Below the pieces are notes generated by a model that saw only the letters and a list, made by a program, of their open reading frames with translations, was not told the origin of the DNA and ran no database searches. The position numbers and the translations under genes were made by a program. Shown here piece by piece: positions 1 through 63,870 of a DNA stretch of 64,000 bases. Each line of letters begins with the position of its first letter. Within the stretch, counting starts at the first letter, position 1. The DNA lies in contig OX597821.1 in assembly GCA_951406725.2 (NCBI GenBank), positions 49,042,001 to 49,106,000 on the forward strand, given 5' to 3'. Origin of the DNA: Octopus vulgaris (Eukaryota).

Positions 1-1329
1 AATGGTCACCTCGCGGAGCCATTCAGCATCTTGCGTTCTGTTCATCAAGTGTGCCCTCTCTCTTCCCCATCTCTATGTAGTGACTCTTGAACCATTACTG
101 CGGAAGCTGGAGGCTTTGAGGGGTGTCCCACATGATCTAGGATGTAGGAGAGGGGTGTCTGCTTACGCTGATGATGTCGCCGTCATAGTGTCGAACCACA
201 GGCATATAGACCTGATTGGCGAAACACTACAAGAATATGAAGCGGTGACAGGAGCTAAAATTAACACGGAAATGTCAGTGGGCTTGCAATTCGGCACCTG
301 GAGAGGCAAGCTCATGCCGTCCAACAGCGTGATGGGGCACTGGACAGACGGTCCCGTTAAGTTGCTCGGGGTTTGGTTTAGTCCGGTGTCCCAGATGTAG
401 ATGAACTGGGACGAGGTGACGAGCAGGGTAGCCAATCTCACCCAGAAATGGGCCGAGAGAAAGCTGTCTCTGAAAGGTCGAATGGAGACGGCGAATGCGT
501 ACATCGTATCCGTTATCTATTACCGCTTGACTGTCGTCCCTTGCCCTGTTTGCTAGTTAACCAAGCTGGTACTCTTACTCTTCCGATTTCTGAGGAAGGG
601 GCGCGTTCCACTGGTCAGGCGCTCCATCTACTATCAACAGTCGCCGAATGAAAGGCTGGGTAGGTTGCAGCTTCTCCAGAGTTTCCTTAGCGGTGATCAG
701 ATGTGGTCCCCGTTTGTAAGACACACTTTTCCACAGCTCGTCTCTTTGACTGAGTTGTAATCCTGGATTAGGCGTAGAGCGAGGAGGGCCGCTTGGCATC
801 TTGAGTACCGTCAAGTGCTCACAGCCCACCGCCAGGCGGGCAACGGTCGTTGGTAATTCTAATCTAGCGTTCTTTAGCGGGCTTGTGGATGGAAAGTCCA
901 ACGACATCCTCAGGGAAAATCTGGATGTCGATGAAGATCAACTAACCGGTCTGTTTCGGAGAACATTCGGGCCTGGGACTATGGATAACTTCCAGAAATC
1001 CCTTGCCCAGTAGTGTTACCGAGGGCGCTGCCTGTTCGAGATAAATTTTACAGGCACAGAAGTTCTGTCAGCCTGGCCTGCCCGAGGTGCACTCAGAACG
1101 ATGAAACCGTTCTACACTCCCTAGTCTAGTGCCCGAGTATTGCTGGCCTGTGGGTTTATGTCAAATTCCTGCTGTCACGTGTAGGACGGATCCGGCTATC
1201 AGCTGAATACGTTGTTAAGATTGCCCCCCCCCGCCCTCTTTTGGCCGGGTGGGTAAGGCAATTTTTATTTGCCTAGTGGCTGTAGCAAAAGAGGTTGTAT
1301 GGTGGACCCGTTTGAAAGGGCTAAAGACA
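1..1329 (+). mobile_element. Decayed L1/Tx1-clade LINE ORF2 (reverse transcriptase to C-terminal CCHC region)
   Basis: ORF 2..400 has LYVVTLEPLLRKLE..SAYADDV..YEAVTGAKIN (RT motifs); CPRCTQNDETVLHSLV*C knuckle near 1078-1132; stops and frameshifts. Confidence 0.85.
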
Positions 1330-1889
1330 CATATATATATATACATAAAATGAGGATAAAAATCATGTTAATGACAATTATCAGCACACACAGTGGATCT
1401 AGTTAAACTGATTCACAAAATTTGCATTTTTTTAAAAGAAGGTGAAATATCTGAAAATCGGCTTTATTAATGTAGTTTTCCACTCTTATTGCTATGAACA
1501 TTGCTATATGTTGTGAAGAAAAAATTGGCAGAAAAGTTACAGAGATTTAAAAATCGAACCAACTGTGTATTGTATTTTTAGCCAATAGCGAGACAGAAAT
1601 TTTCTGCGTTTAGCGGCGTCAACTTTAAAGTTGTACCATGTGAAATTTATAGTTTAGCATCTATTCATTGTAGAAATACCCAATAAAAAACAGAAATAGC
1701 TAAGAAATCAACATATATCACCTTACTGTTCCTTTTGTCTTTTCATTGGTTTTTATAGTGTTTTGCATGCTTTTATTAATTTTTTAAAATTTGTGATATT
1801 AATAATTTATTAATTTTATATATCATGCATATTTCAGTAATATGTAAACCTGTCATGTATTTGTGTACATCATTAATATATAAGTGGAT

Positions 1890-2026
1890 GTGGATATCAG
1901 GAATGGAATGTCAGGAATGTCTGGAATGCCTGGAATATCAGAAATATCGGGAATGTCTGGAATGTCATGAATTGGAATGTCTGGAATTTCATAAATGTAT
2001 GGAATGTCAGGAATGACTGGAATGAC
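1890..2026. repeat. Degenerate 9-bp tandem repeat (GGAATGTCW) grading into the minisatellite
   Basis: ggaatgtca/ggaatgtct/ggaatgcct units read directly. Confidence 0.85.
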
Positions 2027-5000
2027 TGTCGGCACTCCTCTTTGATTTCTGTAGGCAACCTCCTTGATCTCTGTCGGCACTCCTCATTGATCTCTGTCGG
2101 CAACCTCTTTGATCTCTGTCGGCACTCCTCATGGATCTCTGTCGGCACTCCTCTTTGATCTCTGCCGACAAACTTTTTGATCTCTGTCGGCACTCATCTT
2201 TGATCTCTGTCGGCACAACTCTTTGATATCTGTCGGCACCCTCTTTGATCTATGTCGGCACCCTCTTTCATCTCTATCGGCACCCTCTTTGATATCTGTC
2301 GACACTCCTCTTTGATCTCTGTCGGCACTCCTCTTTCATCTCTGTCGACACTCCTCTTTGATCTCTGTCGGCACCCTCTTTGATCACTATCGGCACTCCT
2401 CTTTGATCTCTGTCGACACTCCTCTTTCATCTCTGTCGGCACCCTCTTTGATATCTGTCGGCACTCCCCTTTGATCTCTATCGACACTCATCTTCGATCT
2501 CTGTCAGAAGTCATCTTTGATCTATGTCGGCACTCCTCTTTGATCTCTGTCGGCACTCCACTTTAACCTCTATCGCCACTCCTCTTTGATCTCTGTCGGC
2601 ACTCCTCTTTGATGTCTGTCGTCACCCTCTTTGATCTCTGTCGATACCCTCTTTGATCTATGTCAGCACCTTCTTTGATCTCTGTCGGCAGCCTCTTTGA
2701 TCTATGTCGGCACTCCACTTTGACCTCTATCGACACTCCTCTTTGATCTCTGTCGGCACCCTCTTTGATCTCTGTCGGCACTCGTCTTTGACCTATCTCG
2801 GCACCCTCTTTGATGTCTGCCGGTACCCTCTTTGATCTCTGTCGGCACCATCTTTGATCTATGCCGGCACTCCTTTTTGATCTCTATCGGCACTCCTCTT
2901 TGATCTCTGTCGGTACCATCTTCGATCTCTGTCTGCACCCTCTTTGATATCTGTCGGCACCCTGTTTGATCTCTGTCGGCACCCTCTTTGATCTCTGTCG
3001 GCACTCCACTGTAACCTCTATCACCACTCCTCTTTGATCTCTGTCGGCACTCCTCTTTGATCTCTGTTTGCACGCTCTTTGATGTCTGTCGGTACTCTCT
3101 TTGATCTCTGTCGGCACTCCTCTTTGATCTCTGTCGGCACTCCACTTTGATCTCTGTCGGCACACCTCTTTGATATCTGTCGGCACTCCTCTTTGATCTA
3201 TGCCGGCACACCTTTTTGATCTCTATCGGCACTCCTCTTTGATCTCTGTCGGTACCATCTTTGATCTCTGTCCGCACCCTCTTTGATGTCTGTCGACACC
3301 CTGTTTGATCTCTGTCGGTACCCTCTTTGATCTCTGTCGGCACTCCACTTTGACCTATATCGGTACTCCTCTTTGATCTCTGTCGGCACTCCACTTTGAT
3401 CTCTGTCGGCACACCTCTTTGATCTCTGTCGGCACTCCACTTTGATCTCTGTCGGCACACCTCTTTGATCTCTGTCGGCACCCTCTTTGATCTCTATCGG
3501 CACCCCTCTTTGATCTCTGTCGTCACTCCTCTTTGATCTCTGTCGGCACTCCTCTTTGATCTCTGTCGGCACTCCTCTTTGATCTCTGTCGGCACCCTCT
3601 TTGATCTCTGTCGACACTCCTCTTTGATCTCTGTCGGCACTCCTCTTTGATCTCTGTCGGCACCCTCTTTGATCTCTGTCGGCACCCCTCTTTGATCTCT
3701 GTTGTCACTCCTCTTTGATCTCTGTCGGCACTCCTCTTTGATATCTGTCGACACTCCTCTTTGATCTCTGTCGGCACTCCTCTTTGATCTCTGTCGGCAC
3801 TCCTCTTTGATCTATGTCGGCACCCCTCTTTGATCTCTGTCGTCACTCCTCTTTGATCTCTCTCGGCACTCCTCTTTGATCTCTGTCGGCAATCCTCTTT
3901 GATCTCTGCCGGCACTCCTCTTTGATCTATGTCGGCACTCCTCTTTGATCTCTGTCGGCACCCTCTTTGATCTCTGTCGGCACCCTCTTTGATCTCTGTC
4001 GGCACCCCTCTTTGATCTCTGTCGTCACTCCTCTTTGATCTATGTCGGCACCCTCTTTGATCTCTGTCGGCACCCTCTTTGATCTCTGTCGGCACCCCTC
4101 TTTGATCTCTGTCGTCACTCCTCTTTGATCTCTGTCGGCACTCCTCTTTGATCTCTGTCGTCACTCCTCTTTGATCTCTGTCGGCACCCTCTTTGATCTC
4201 TGTCGGCACTCCTCTTTGATCTCTGTCGGCACTCCTCTTTGATCTCTGTCGGCCCCCCTCTTTGATCTCTGTCGTCACTCCTCTTTGATCTCTGTCGACA
4301 CTCCTCTTTGATCTCTGTCGTCACTCCTCTTTGATCTCTGTCGGCACTCCTCTTTGATCTCTGTCGGCACTCCTCTTTGATCTCTGTCGGCACTCCACTT
4401 TAACCTCTATCGCCACTCCTCTTTGATCTCTGTCGGCACTCCTCTTTCATCTCTGTCGGCACCCTCTTTGATGTCTGTCGGTACTCTCTTTGATCTATGT
4501 TTGCACCCTCTTTGGTCTCTGTCGGCACTCCTCTTTGATCTCTGTCGGCACTCCTCTTTGTTCTCTGTCGGCACTCCTCTTTGATCTCTGTCGGCACTCC
4601 ACTTTAACCTCTATCGCCACTCCTCTTTGATCTCTGTCGGCACTCCTCTTTGATCTCTGTCGGCACCCTCTTTGATGTCTGTCGACACTCTTTGATCTCT
4701 GTTTGCACCCTCTTTGATCTCTGTCGGCACTCCTCTTTGATCTCTGTCGGCACTCCTCTTTGATCTCTGTCGGCACTCTCTTTGATCTCTGTCGGCACTC
4801 TTCTTTGATCTCTGTCGGCACTCCTCTTTGATCTCTGTCGGCACCCTCTTTGATCTCTGTCGGCTCCCCTCTTTGATCTCTGTCGTCACTCCTCTTTTAT
4901 CTCTGTCGGCACTCCTCTTTGATCTCTGTCGTCACTCCTCTTTGATCTCTGTCGGCACTCCTCTTTCATCTCTGTCGGCACCCTCTTTGATCTCTGTCGG

Positions 5001-5972
5001 CACTCCTCTTTGATCTCTCTCGGCACCCTCTTTGATCTCTGTCGACACTCCTCTTTGATCTCTGTCGGCACCCTCTTTGATCTCTGTCGGCACTCCTCTT
5101 TGATCTCTGTCGGCACTCCTCTTTGATCTCTGTCGGCACTCCTCTTTGATCTCTGTCGGCACTCCACTTTAACCTCTATCGCCACTCCTCTTTGATCTCT
5201 GTCGGCACTCCTCTTTGATCTCTGTCGGCACCCTCTTTGATGTCTGTCGACACTCTTTGATCTCTGTTTGCACCCTCTTTGATCTCTGTCGGCACTCCTC
5301 TTTGATCTCTGTCGGCACTCCTCTTTGATCTCTGTCGGCACTCTCTTTGATCTCTGTCGGCACTCTTCTTTGATCTCTGTCGGCACTCCTCTTTGATCTC
5401 TGTCGGCACCCTCTTTGATCTCTGTCGGCTCCCCTCTTTGATCTCTGTCGTCACTCCTCTTTTATCTCTGTCGGCACTCCTCTTTGATCTCTGTCGTCAC
5501 TCCTCTTTGATCTCTGTCGGCACTCCTCTTTCATCTCTGTCGGCACCCTCTTTGATCTCTGTCGGCACTCCTCTTTGATCTCTCTCGGCACCCTCTTTGA
5601 TCTCTGTCGACACTCCTCTTTGATCTCTGTCGGCACCCTCTTTGATCTCTGTCGGCACCCCTCTTTGATCTCTGTCGTCACTCCTCTTTGATCTCTGTCG
5701 GCACTCCTCTTTGATCTCTGTCGGCACTCCACTTTAGCCTCTATCGCCACTCCTCTTTGATCTCTGTCGGCACTCCTCTTTCATCTCTGTCGGCACCCTC
5801 TTTGATGTCTGTCGGCACTCTCTTTGATCTTTGTTTGCACCCTCTTTGATCTCTGTCGGCACTCCTCTTTGATCTCTGTCGGCACTCCTCTTTGATCTCT
5901 GTCGGCACCCTCTTTGATCTCTGTCGGCACTCTTCTTTGATCTCTGTCGGTATCCTCTTTGATCTCTGTCGG
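2027..5972. repeat. Minisatellite array of 22/23-bp units (GATCTCTGTCGGCACTCCTCTTT / GATCTCTGTCGGCACCCTCTTT) with 565-bp higher-order repeat
   Basis: Continuous tandem units without unique spacers; identical ORF-track peptides at 4604/5169, 4611/5176 and 4828/5393 (offset 565). Confidence 0.97.
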
Positions 5973-6450
5973 CCGGTTGGGTAAGGCAATTTTTATTTGT
6001 CTTGTGGCTGTAGCGAAAGAGGTTGTATGGTGGACCCGTTTGAAAGGGCTAAAGACATTTCCTTTCCTCTTTGTCCAAGCCCTCATCAACTTTTTCAAGT
6101 TTCACTTGAAAAGAAAGCTGAGGGTAGAAAGGAAAGTGTTGCCTTGTAGCAAGTTCGTTGAAAGATGGGTGAATGTTGAGAAAATGGCCAGTGTGAAAGG
6201 ACCAATTCTGAGCGTGCACCTGTACAAAAAGGAGAAGGGCTCTTGCCTTGTTGTTCAGGCACCCGTGACATTTGTGGGTTTTTCACGAGGTCCTTAGTGT
6301 TCCTCCTTTATTGGGAGTTTTAAATTGTTTAATTTTTAATCGTTATATATACTGTTTACACGTTGTAAAACCCATTGTATCCTGTTTTTGCCTTTTATGT
6401 TGTATGTCTCTTAATGTAATTTTATGTAAGCCCTTGTGGCCAATAAACGA

Positions 6451-6516
<66 letters not shown>
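5971..6516 (+). mobile_element. 3' end of the Tx1/L1-like LINE: ORF2 C-terminus, 3'UTR, AATAAA and (ATT)n tail
   Basis: Starts with an 87-bp near-copy of 1243-1329, reading frame ends TAG 6297, caataaacga followed by (ATT)n 6451-6516. Confidence 0.8.
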
Positions 6517-6518
<2 letters not shown>

Positions 6519-7720
6519 GTTTGACTTTTGCTTTGTATTTCTGCAAGTTGGCTCCAAGTCTCACCCAGCGATCCCAGGAGACAACACAGTTATAAGTTCA
6601 TGTTGGTGTTATGCCTGTGGTGTCATATATTTGGTTTTGATCGTAGCCTTGTACTAGAGAATGTTTAAGAATACAAAAGAAAATCATGGGTTTATCTTAA
6701 AATTTGAGATTACATAGACAGTATTTTACGTAGGACATGGGCAGTTCCTACGAGCACTATCTTTTGAATTTCTGCCATTTTGGGGTTTCCTGGTATTTGA
6801 AGCAGATAATCAGCCTCTTTTGCTATCATTCCTAGGGCACCTATGACAACAGGTATTGAGGTTCCACATTTTGGCAATTTCTATTTCAAGATCTTTATAC
6901 TCGCTCAGCTTTCGGTAGGTCCTGACAGATACGTTTATATCGATTGGGACAGTCATATCAATGAGGAGGCATTATTTTTGCTAGCTGTTCTTTAATTTAG
7001 CCTGCTTCCACTCGTCCAATTTACTTATATCTTTCCCTATATCTGCCTTTTCCGTCTTCATTAGTATCTACCTATTCCATCAGGACACCTGCTGGTCCTT
7101 CTTTTGCTCTTTCTTTTCTCCTAACAGTTCTGCAACTATGTTAGCATTTGCTGATATCAGTGTGTTGATACCTCTAATATTTTCACTGAAAATCTTATCA
7201 ATCACACTGAGACTCACTATTCTCAGATTCACCGACAATAGAGCTCTCGGTTTCTTTAATTTCTGTCTGTTTTTCAAGGATTTTTAGTTGGTCTTCACCA
7301 AGATTATGCCCACCAAATTATCAAATTCCCTTTCTTCTTGCACGCTTCTTTTTGCCCTTGTTTCAAATGCCAGCACTGAATTCTCCTGGCTGGCTACTAT
7401 GATTACACTCTCTTGATTCTCAGACGAGTTGTAGTCATCCACCTAGTTTTGATATGTTGATTCTTGCAGTTTCCTGTTTGACATTTTTCTGTATTTCTTC
7501 AATTTCTAAGTCAAGAAGGTATTTTTCATTTCTAATACACAATACTTTGCCTATTAACTGTTCTTCATTGAGTTTTGATACTCACACCTCAGATCCGAAT
7601 GTTCAGCATACTTTGCTCGAATCCTCGCTTTTTTGGGACACTTCTTAGATACCATTCCATTGCTTTTTATTTCTTTTTTCCTCTTAACTTTCTGTACAGC
7701 AGTAATTGGATGATGACTAG
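6451..7720 (-). mobile_element. Internally deleted R4/Dong-like (restriction-like endonuclease) non-LTR retrotransposon remnant with (TAA)n tail
   Basis: Minus strand reads CLLIDMTVPIDINVSVRTYRKLSEYKDLEIEIAKMWNL near 6860-6975 (RLE C-terminus); 3' end runs into (TAA)n; 5' boundary approximate. Confidence 0.7.
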
Positions 7721-8254
7721 GTCTACACAGCTGCTCTACAGAACACTTATTAGCCTACACCAAGGGTTTCAGATTAGATTTATTTTGATAGAGGATAGAG
7801 GAAACTATTACAGCTTACTTTGGGTGATTCTATTAAAAGAAACCAGTAAATCGTTGGATTCTTCTAACGATTTACTGGTTTCTTTTAACCAATAAGCAAA
7901 TGAAAGCCAAGGAGGAGAACCTACGTCTGACATTCTTGAAATAACAGCCAATACGCCCTCAAATCACTTTACTGTCTTTCAAGAAGGACACATTCAATAC
8001 TCTGTTCTTAATTTCACTATATCTGAGAAAAAATAGGATGTCCATGGTTGGAACACCTTTGATCATATGTCAGCTTGATAAGATTGACCTGGGAGTTAAT
8101 CAACCACCACAAAAATAAGCCTATAACACAAGATAGTGAAGTAAATGCGATTTTTACTTTCGAAAAGTTCGCCAGAGGGTCAGTATAAAATGTCGTCGAT
8201 AAATTAATCCAAAGACACTGTAGAAGAAATATGGTGATACAGCAACATCGCAAT

Positions 8255-8370
8255 ACTTTGACATTTCAAAGAAAGACTCATGGCAAAGATTTGAACATTG
8301 GAAGTCTGCTAGTTAATAGAGTTCCAATGTTTAAATCTTTGCTATGAGTCTTTCTTTGAAGTGTCAAAGT
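8255..8370. repeat. Near-perfect inverted repeat: 49-bp arms, 18-nt spacer
   Basis: 8255-8303 vs 8322-8370 are reverse complements with 3 mismatches. Confidence 0.95.
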
Positions 8371-8612
8371 TTGTAGCAATTCCAGTTTTGTAGATATTCT
8401 TGTTAATACATATGGTTTTTCTCTAAATTTAATGAGCAATTATATTAATTAATTTGATGCAAACAAGTGTGTTTGCCAACAAATCCTTTGGTATTTGAAC
8501 ACTGAAATAGGTTTGGCATTATTTCACTGTTGTTAGTATATTCATGATGGTTTGTTAACTCTTAAAGAATGTATCATACACACCTTTGTTGTCAAACGTC
8601 AACCTACACCTG

Positions 8613-8619
8613 TATAAAA
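8613..8619 (+). promoter_or_regulatory. Candidate TATA box of the astacin gene
   Basis: TATAAAA about 265 bp upstream of the ATG at 8880; positional inference only. Confidence 0.3.
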
Positions 8620-8879
8620 CCAACAGTTTCACACCCATAATATTGGCTTCTCGTTGTTTTCGCTTACATTTACTCCTTTAAAACACTGCTTAAAATACGT
8701 AACTGTCACAAACAAATGAACTCCTGTAGATAACGGACCATGAAATGTAGCCACCGAATACCACCATTTTTTTCCGTAATGCCTCCGGTTCTTGAATTTT
8801 GATATCTGTTCTTCGCTCCAAAAGTCAAATTAAATTTCGTTTCTGATTTTTTTTTTCCCAAATAAATCAAAATTTAATA

Positions 8880-59406
<50,527 letters not shown>

Positions 59407-60959
59407 GTAACTATGGCTTTCTGTGGGAAGCATACAGTTGACCACTTCAATTCTATCCTTATTATATATAACTGGTGTTTTTGTTTCAGTGAAAGTTTGC
59501 GGCCAAATTTTATGGAGTTAGGTTCACAATCCTAAAGTCATTGATTCAATTCATGGACTAGGTAACACATCATTTTATGTTGATCCAATTCACTGTGGAA
59601 TGACTACCAAACTACTGATAGTGCAGCCCTTTCCCTTTCTACTCATCAAAGGTGAGTCAAGGGTAGGAGAACTGATACTTTATCACCTACAATAGAAGCT
59701 ATAGTATAAGCTACCATGTCATACTTTGCAAATGATTGTTGTACATTCTTGCCTTTATTGTTTTGACCCATGAATGGATGTAAAACATATTGAACAAACA
59801 CAGGACTTGTCATCTTTAATGTCCTTTTTGGTAAGCAGAACATACCAAAAAGGACCATATAGATGTAAAGGCTACACTACTTCTAATATCATCATCATCC
59901 TCATTTAACGTCCATTGTTCATGTTGGCATGGATTGGACAGTTTGACCAGGGCTAGTAAAATGAGGGGGCTGTACCAGATTCCAGTCTGATTTGGCATAG
60001 TTTCTACAGCTAGATGCCCTTCCAAACGCCAACTTAATAAGTACATAATAAATATTTTTATAGTTTGATGGGGGTTGCACTTGAACTTTCTTGTGTTTTC
60101 TGTGTAGGAAGACAAAATCTCATGTTTTAGTTATTTTATGGATGTGATGGTCACAAAGGGATCAGAGATTGTAGCAACAGGAAGGGCATCCATCTGTAAA
60201 ATAATATTTCAGTGATGTATTCACTAACCCTTATTTCTTGTGTACCCATGAGAAGTAACAGCTAATAAAGCTCATCCACTGTCCTATATTATGCCCAGGG
60301 AAAGTATGTCTGATACAGCCCGTCTGGCTAGCCAGGGAAAGTCTAGACACTAACCACTCATCTTTCTATAGGGTACCCAGAGCAGGTACTATCTGATACA
60401 GACCACTATTAGTTTTAAAGTGTACCTAGAGGAAGTATGTCTGGTATATATCGCATCCTAGCTACAGCAGCACTCATGGGAAGAAACAGAAGTTTGGTGA
60501 AACACTGATTTTGATAGAATGCTTTTTGCTTACAGAGATGAGCTGTACTACCTTATGATTCCTATTTAGTGAGGTCAACTGAGCTAAGGTAGGAGCTGAT
60601 TGTCCTACCTATCAATGGAACCAGCAATTTCAACTAGCAACTTCAGCTAGTAAAATCCCAGTAAATTATATCTAGTAGTGAAGACTTAGTTTTCAATGTC
60701 AAATCTCAACAAGCTATAACCATGTTGGAACATCTAACTATAAATTGTAATTTAACAACCCATTAAATTTACAGTGCTACAACAGTTGTTTAAATGACTG
60801 ATGCTGTTCCTTCCATACAGAATGTCATAGCAACTTTGTTAATGTTCTGTTTTCATAATACATATCGTTGATTTCTTTGTTTACCATTTACTTTCCAAAT
60901 ATCCCAGCTGTTCTCTATACACCCAGCATTTGGTAACAACACAGGCAGGTAATAATAAT

Positions 60960-63870
60960 GTCCAATGTAACAATTTTCAGGCAACATCTGTGTCAATTTA
61001 AACTATCAGTCACTTGATTTTTCACAATTTTTCAAAATTTTCTGAACTCGTCTGACATAAATTGAGTTCCATTGTCAGACACAATGGTATCTGAAAAAAC
61101 CTTACCTAGCAAACAATTCATGTAAAAAGCTTGTGACCATAGATGTTGGCTTTTATATTTATGCACTTCTGATCACTTAGAAAAGCTGTCCACCACAACG
61201 AGGTAATATGACACCCTTAAGTGAACCTGCATAATCAACATGCAATCTGGCCCATAGAACACCTGTTTTTGGCCACAGTTGTCATTTAGTGGCAGGCGCT
61301 TTTACAGCTAAGGCACACCCTCTGCATGATTTTATTGATTCAATTTCACAGTCCATTGTTGGCAAATGTACATAACTTCTCATTAATGATTTCATTTTCG
61401 AAATCCCTGGGTGACCAATATGAGATTCCATTAATAATCATTTTTGTAATGTGGCTGGCACTACGACTCTTTGTGCAGGCATCAACACATTGTCACACAT
61501 TGAGAAATGGTTCGCCTTTGTGTTGCACATATTTTTTATCTCCTTTAGCCGTCAATATTTCTTACATTTAAAAAAAATAAATTTATCGTTTTCCGATTTT
61601 AATTTTATGTCTTGTAAAGTCTTGATGTTATACAAAACATTTTTAATTTCATTTTCCGCTCGCAAAGCAGCAGTCACGTTTTTTTCAAATGGTGCAGCAT
61701 TTTTTGAAATCAGTCTTGATAGACAATTAGAGTGACCTAATTTCTTGAATGGTATATACTCCATCTTGAAATCAAATAGTTTAATAATATCGTACCCCAG
61801 CGTTGCAACCTTTCAGTATGCGTAGGGATTCCTTTCCTTAACCCGAATATTGATAATAACGGACGGTGATCAAAACTTCTATCGTGTAAAAATTTGTGAA
61901 TTTTTTATGGCAAAAATAATCTTTACAGCTTCTTTTTCCATTTGGCTATAACTTTTCTCTGCTGATATTAGAGGACGTGAAGCATAAACCAACGCCTTCA
62001 AGTTACCATCTTTATACTTATGTAGCATTACTGCTCCTATACCGTACTCAGAAGTTACAACAATCTCCGTTGCAGGATAGAAGTGTACTAACAACAAATC
62101 AAATGTTAATAATTTTTTTAATTTCGCCTGACGCCCTTTGATAATTTTCCAACCAATTCCATTTCACATCTTTTTTAGCAGTTTATTTAGTGGAATCCTC
62201 ACCTTATGTATATTCAGTATATAATTTTGGTAATAATTTCCCAATCCCAAAAATGCTTGTAAGGTCGCAATATTTGTCGGAGGGGGCATATTTTTAATTG
62301 CATCTGTCATCGACGAATCTGGTCGACGTCCATTTCTGTCAATAATTTGTCCTAAATATTTTATTTTCAGTAAAAAAAAAATTAACACTTTTCTTCACTC
62401 AAAGTAAAGCCGTAATCATTAATTTTTTCGATCACATATTTTAGTACTCTACATGTTGATCCCCGGATTCGCTTTTAATGAGTAAATCATCCAGATATGG
62501 AATTGCGAATTCACAGTCCGCTATAATTGCATCCATAATCTGTTGAAAAATCGCTGGTGAGACTTTTAAAACAAATGGTAACCTGTTCTATTTATACATT
62601 CCTTTATGTGTGTTAATTGTTAGATATTTAGAGCATTCATTGTCTACTCTCATTTGTAGGTACGCGTCAGAGAGATCCAATTTAGAAAATATCTTGCCAC
62701 CGTTTAATTTCACAAAAATACCCTCTGGGGTAGGTGGCGGATAGTGGTACGTTTTAAGACATTTGTTTAAACCAGAGGAAAAATCAGCTCACCCTCTGAT
62801 TTTATTGTTCTTTTTCTTAATGTACACAGTCGATGCTACCCATTGACCATTATTCCACTTTTTGGATAACTCCAATTTTTTCTAGTTTCTCTAACTCTAA
62901 GTTTATCTGTTCTAACTCTGCGAACGGTACAGTTCGTTTTTATTTAGATGTCCTGTAAGTTAAATAATTCCATCCAGTCAGTTCCGAATAAATTTGTAGT
63001 ATTATTTAAAAACTTTGGCTTTTAAGGTTTTTTCACGAGATGAAATGATATTTATCAATTTGCCCTTAAAATATAATTTTTTCCTGAAACACCACATGCA
63101 ATTTTCGAAGTTTCATTTAATCTAGGTCTCCTGATTTTTTTCCCGTGTATCTGTGTTAATTATCAAAATATAGCTGCCCGTATCCAATTGTTACTTTACG
63201 TTTATGTTATTAATTTTTACATACACAAATTCTCTTTTGAGGCTCGTTCGTATTTATTGTCACCGATAGCCTGTTCACGTGATTTTTTTGTTGAACCGTT
63301 TTTTAGGTTTTATTTTACAGTGTGATTTTTTGATGGCCTATCTTACATACTTGAAGTATTTTATATTTTTAAACGGACAGTTACTTTTAAAATGTAGACC
63401 ACCGTACCCATGACATTGATTCGGTCTCGACATTTCTTTCTTATCCAATACCAGTTGACACGCATGGATATGAGGATTATCTTCCTCTTCAATTTGATCT
63501 GCATCATGTCGTAGATTTATAATCCTCTGACATTCTTCTGCTACTGCTTGTAGAGTTAAATGTTGTCCCCGTTCTAATTTTGTTAATACCCGGAACGTAT
63601 ATCTGCATCTTTGTTTGCAGTAAGCCCTTGAACAAAAATTAAAGCCTTCAACAAGTCCAGGGTCAACTCATTCAATTTGAATTTCTCCCACTTTCTGTTA
63701 ACCACTCCGGCATAGATGATGAAATCTTCATCTTTTTTGACCAAATTTAAACATTGCCAGCTAGTATTGAACGCGGAACTTCCTTCGTTGAACATTTTCG
63801 ATAAAAAAAAATTTGTTTCATCGAAACAAATCTCACCTGGTTTCTTCGGCAGAATATAGTTACTAAAATA
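60960..63870 (-). mobile_element. Decayed Ty3/Gypsy LTR retrotransposon internal region (gag, protease, RT, RNase H, integrase)
   Basis: Minus strand: LDLSDAYLQ and YLDDLLI (RT), YGIGAVMLH..YASRPL..EKSYSQMEKEA (RNase H), WARLHVDYAG and IVSDNGTQF (integrase); integrase after RT/RH; LTRs not identified. Confidence 0.9.

Noticed and set aside
1825-2080. Cys/Glu-rich or Pro/Asp/Ile-rich ORFs
   Set aside because: Translations of the 9-bp tandem repeat; no splice or domain support
2027-5972. CRISPR-like array or repetitive protein (PTEIKEECRQRSKR ORFs)
   Set aside because: No unique spacers and no cas genes; mixed 22/23-bp units shift frame constantly, so the ORFs are by-products of a stop-free strand
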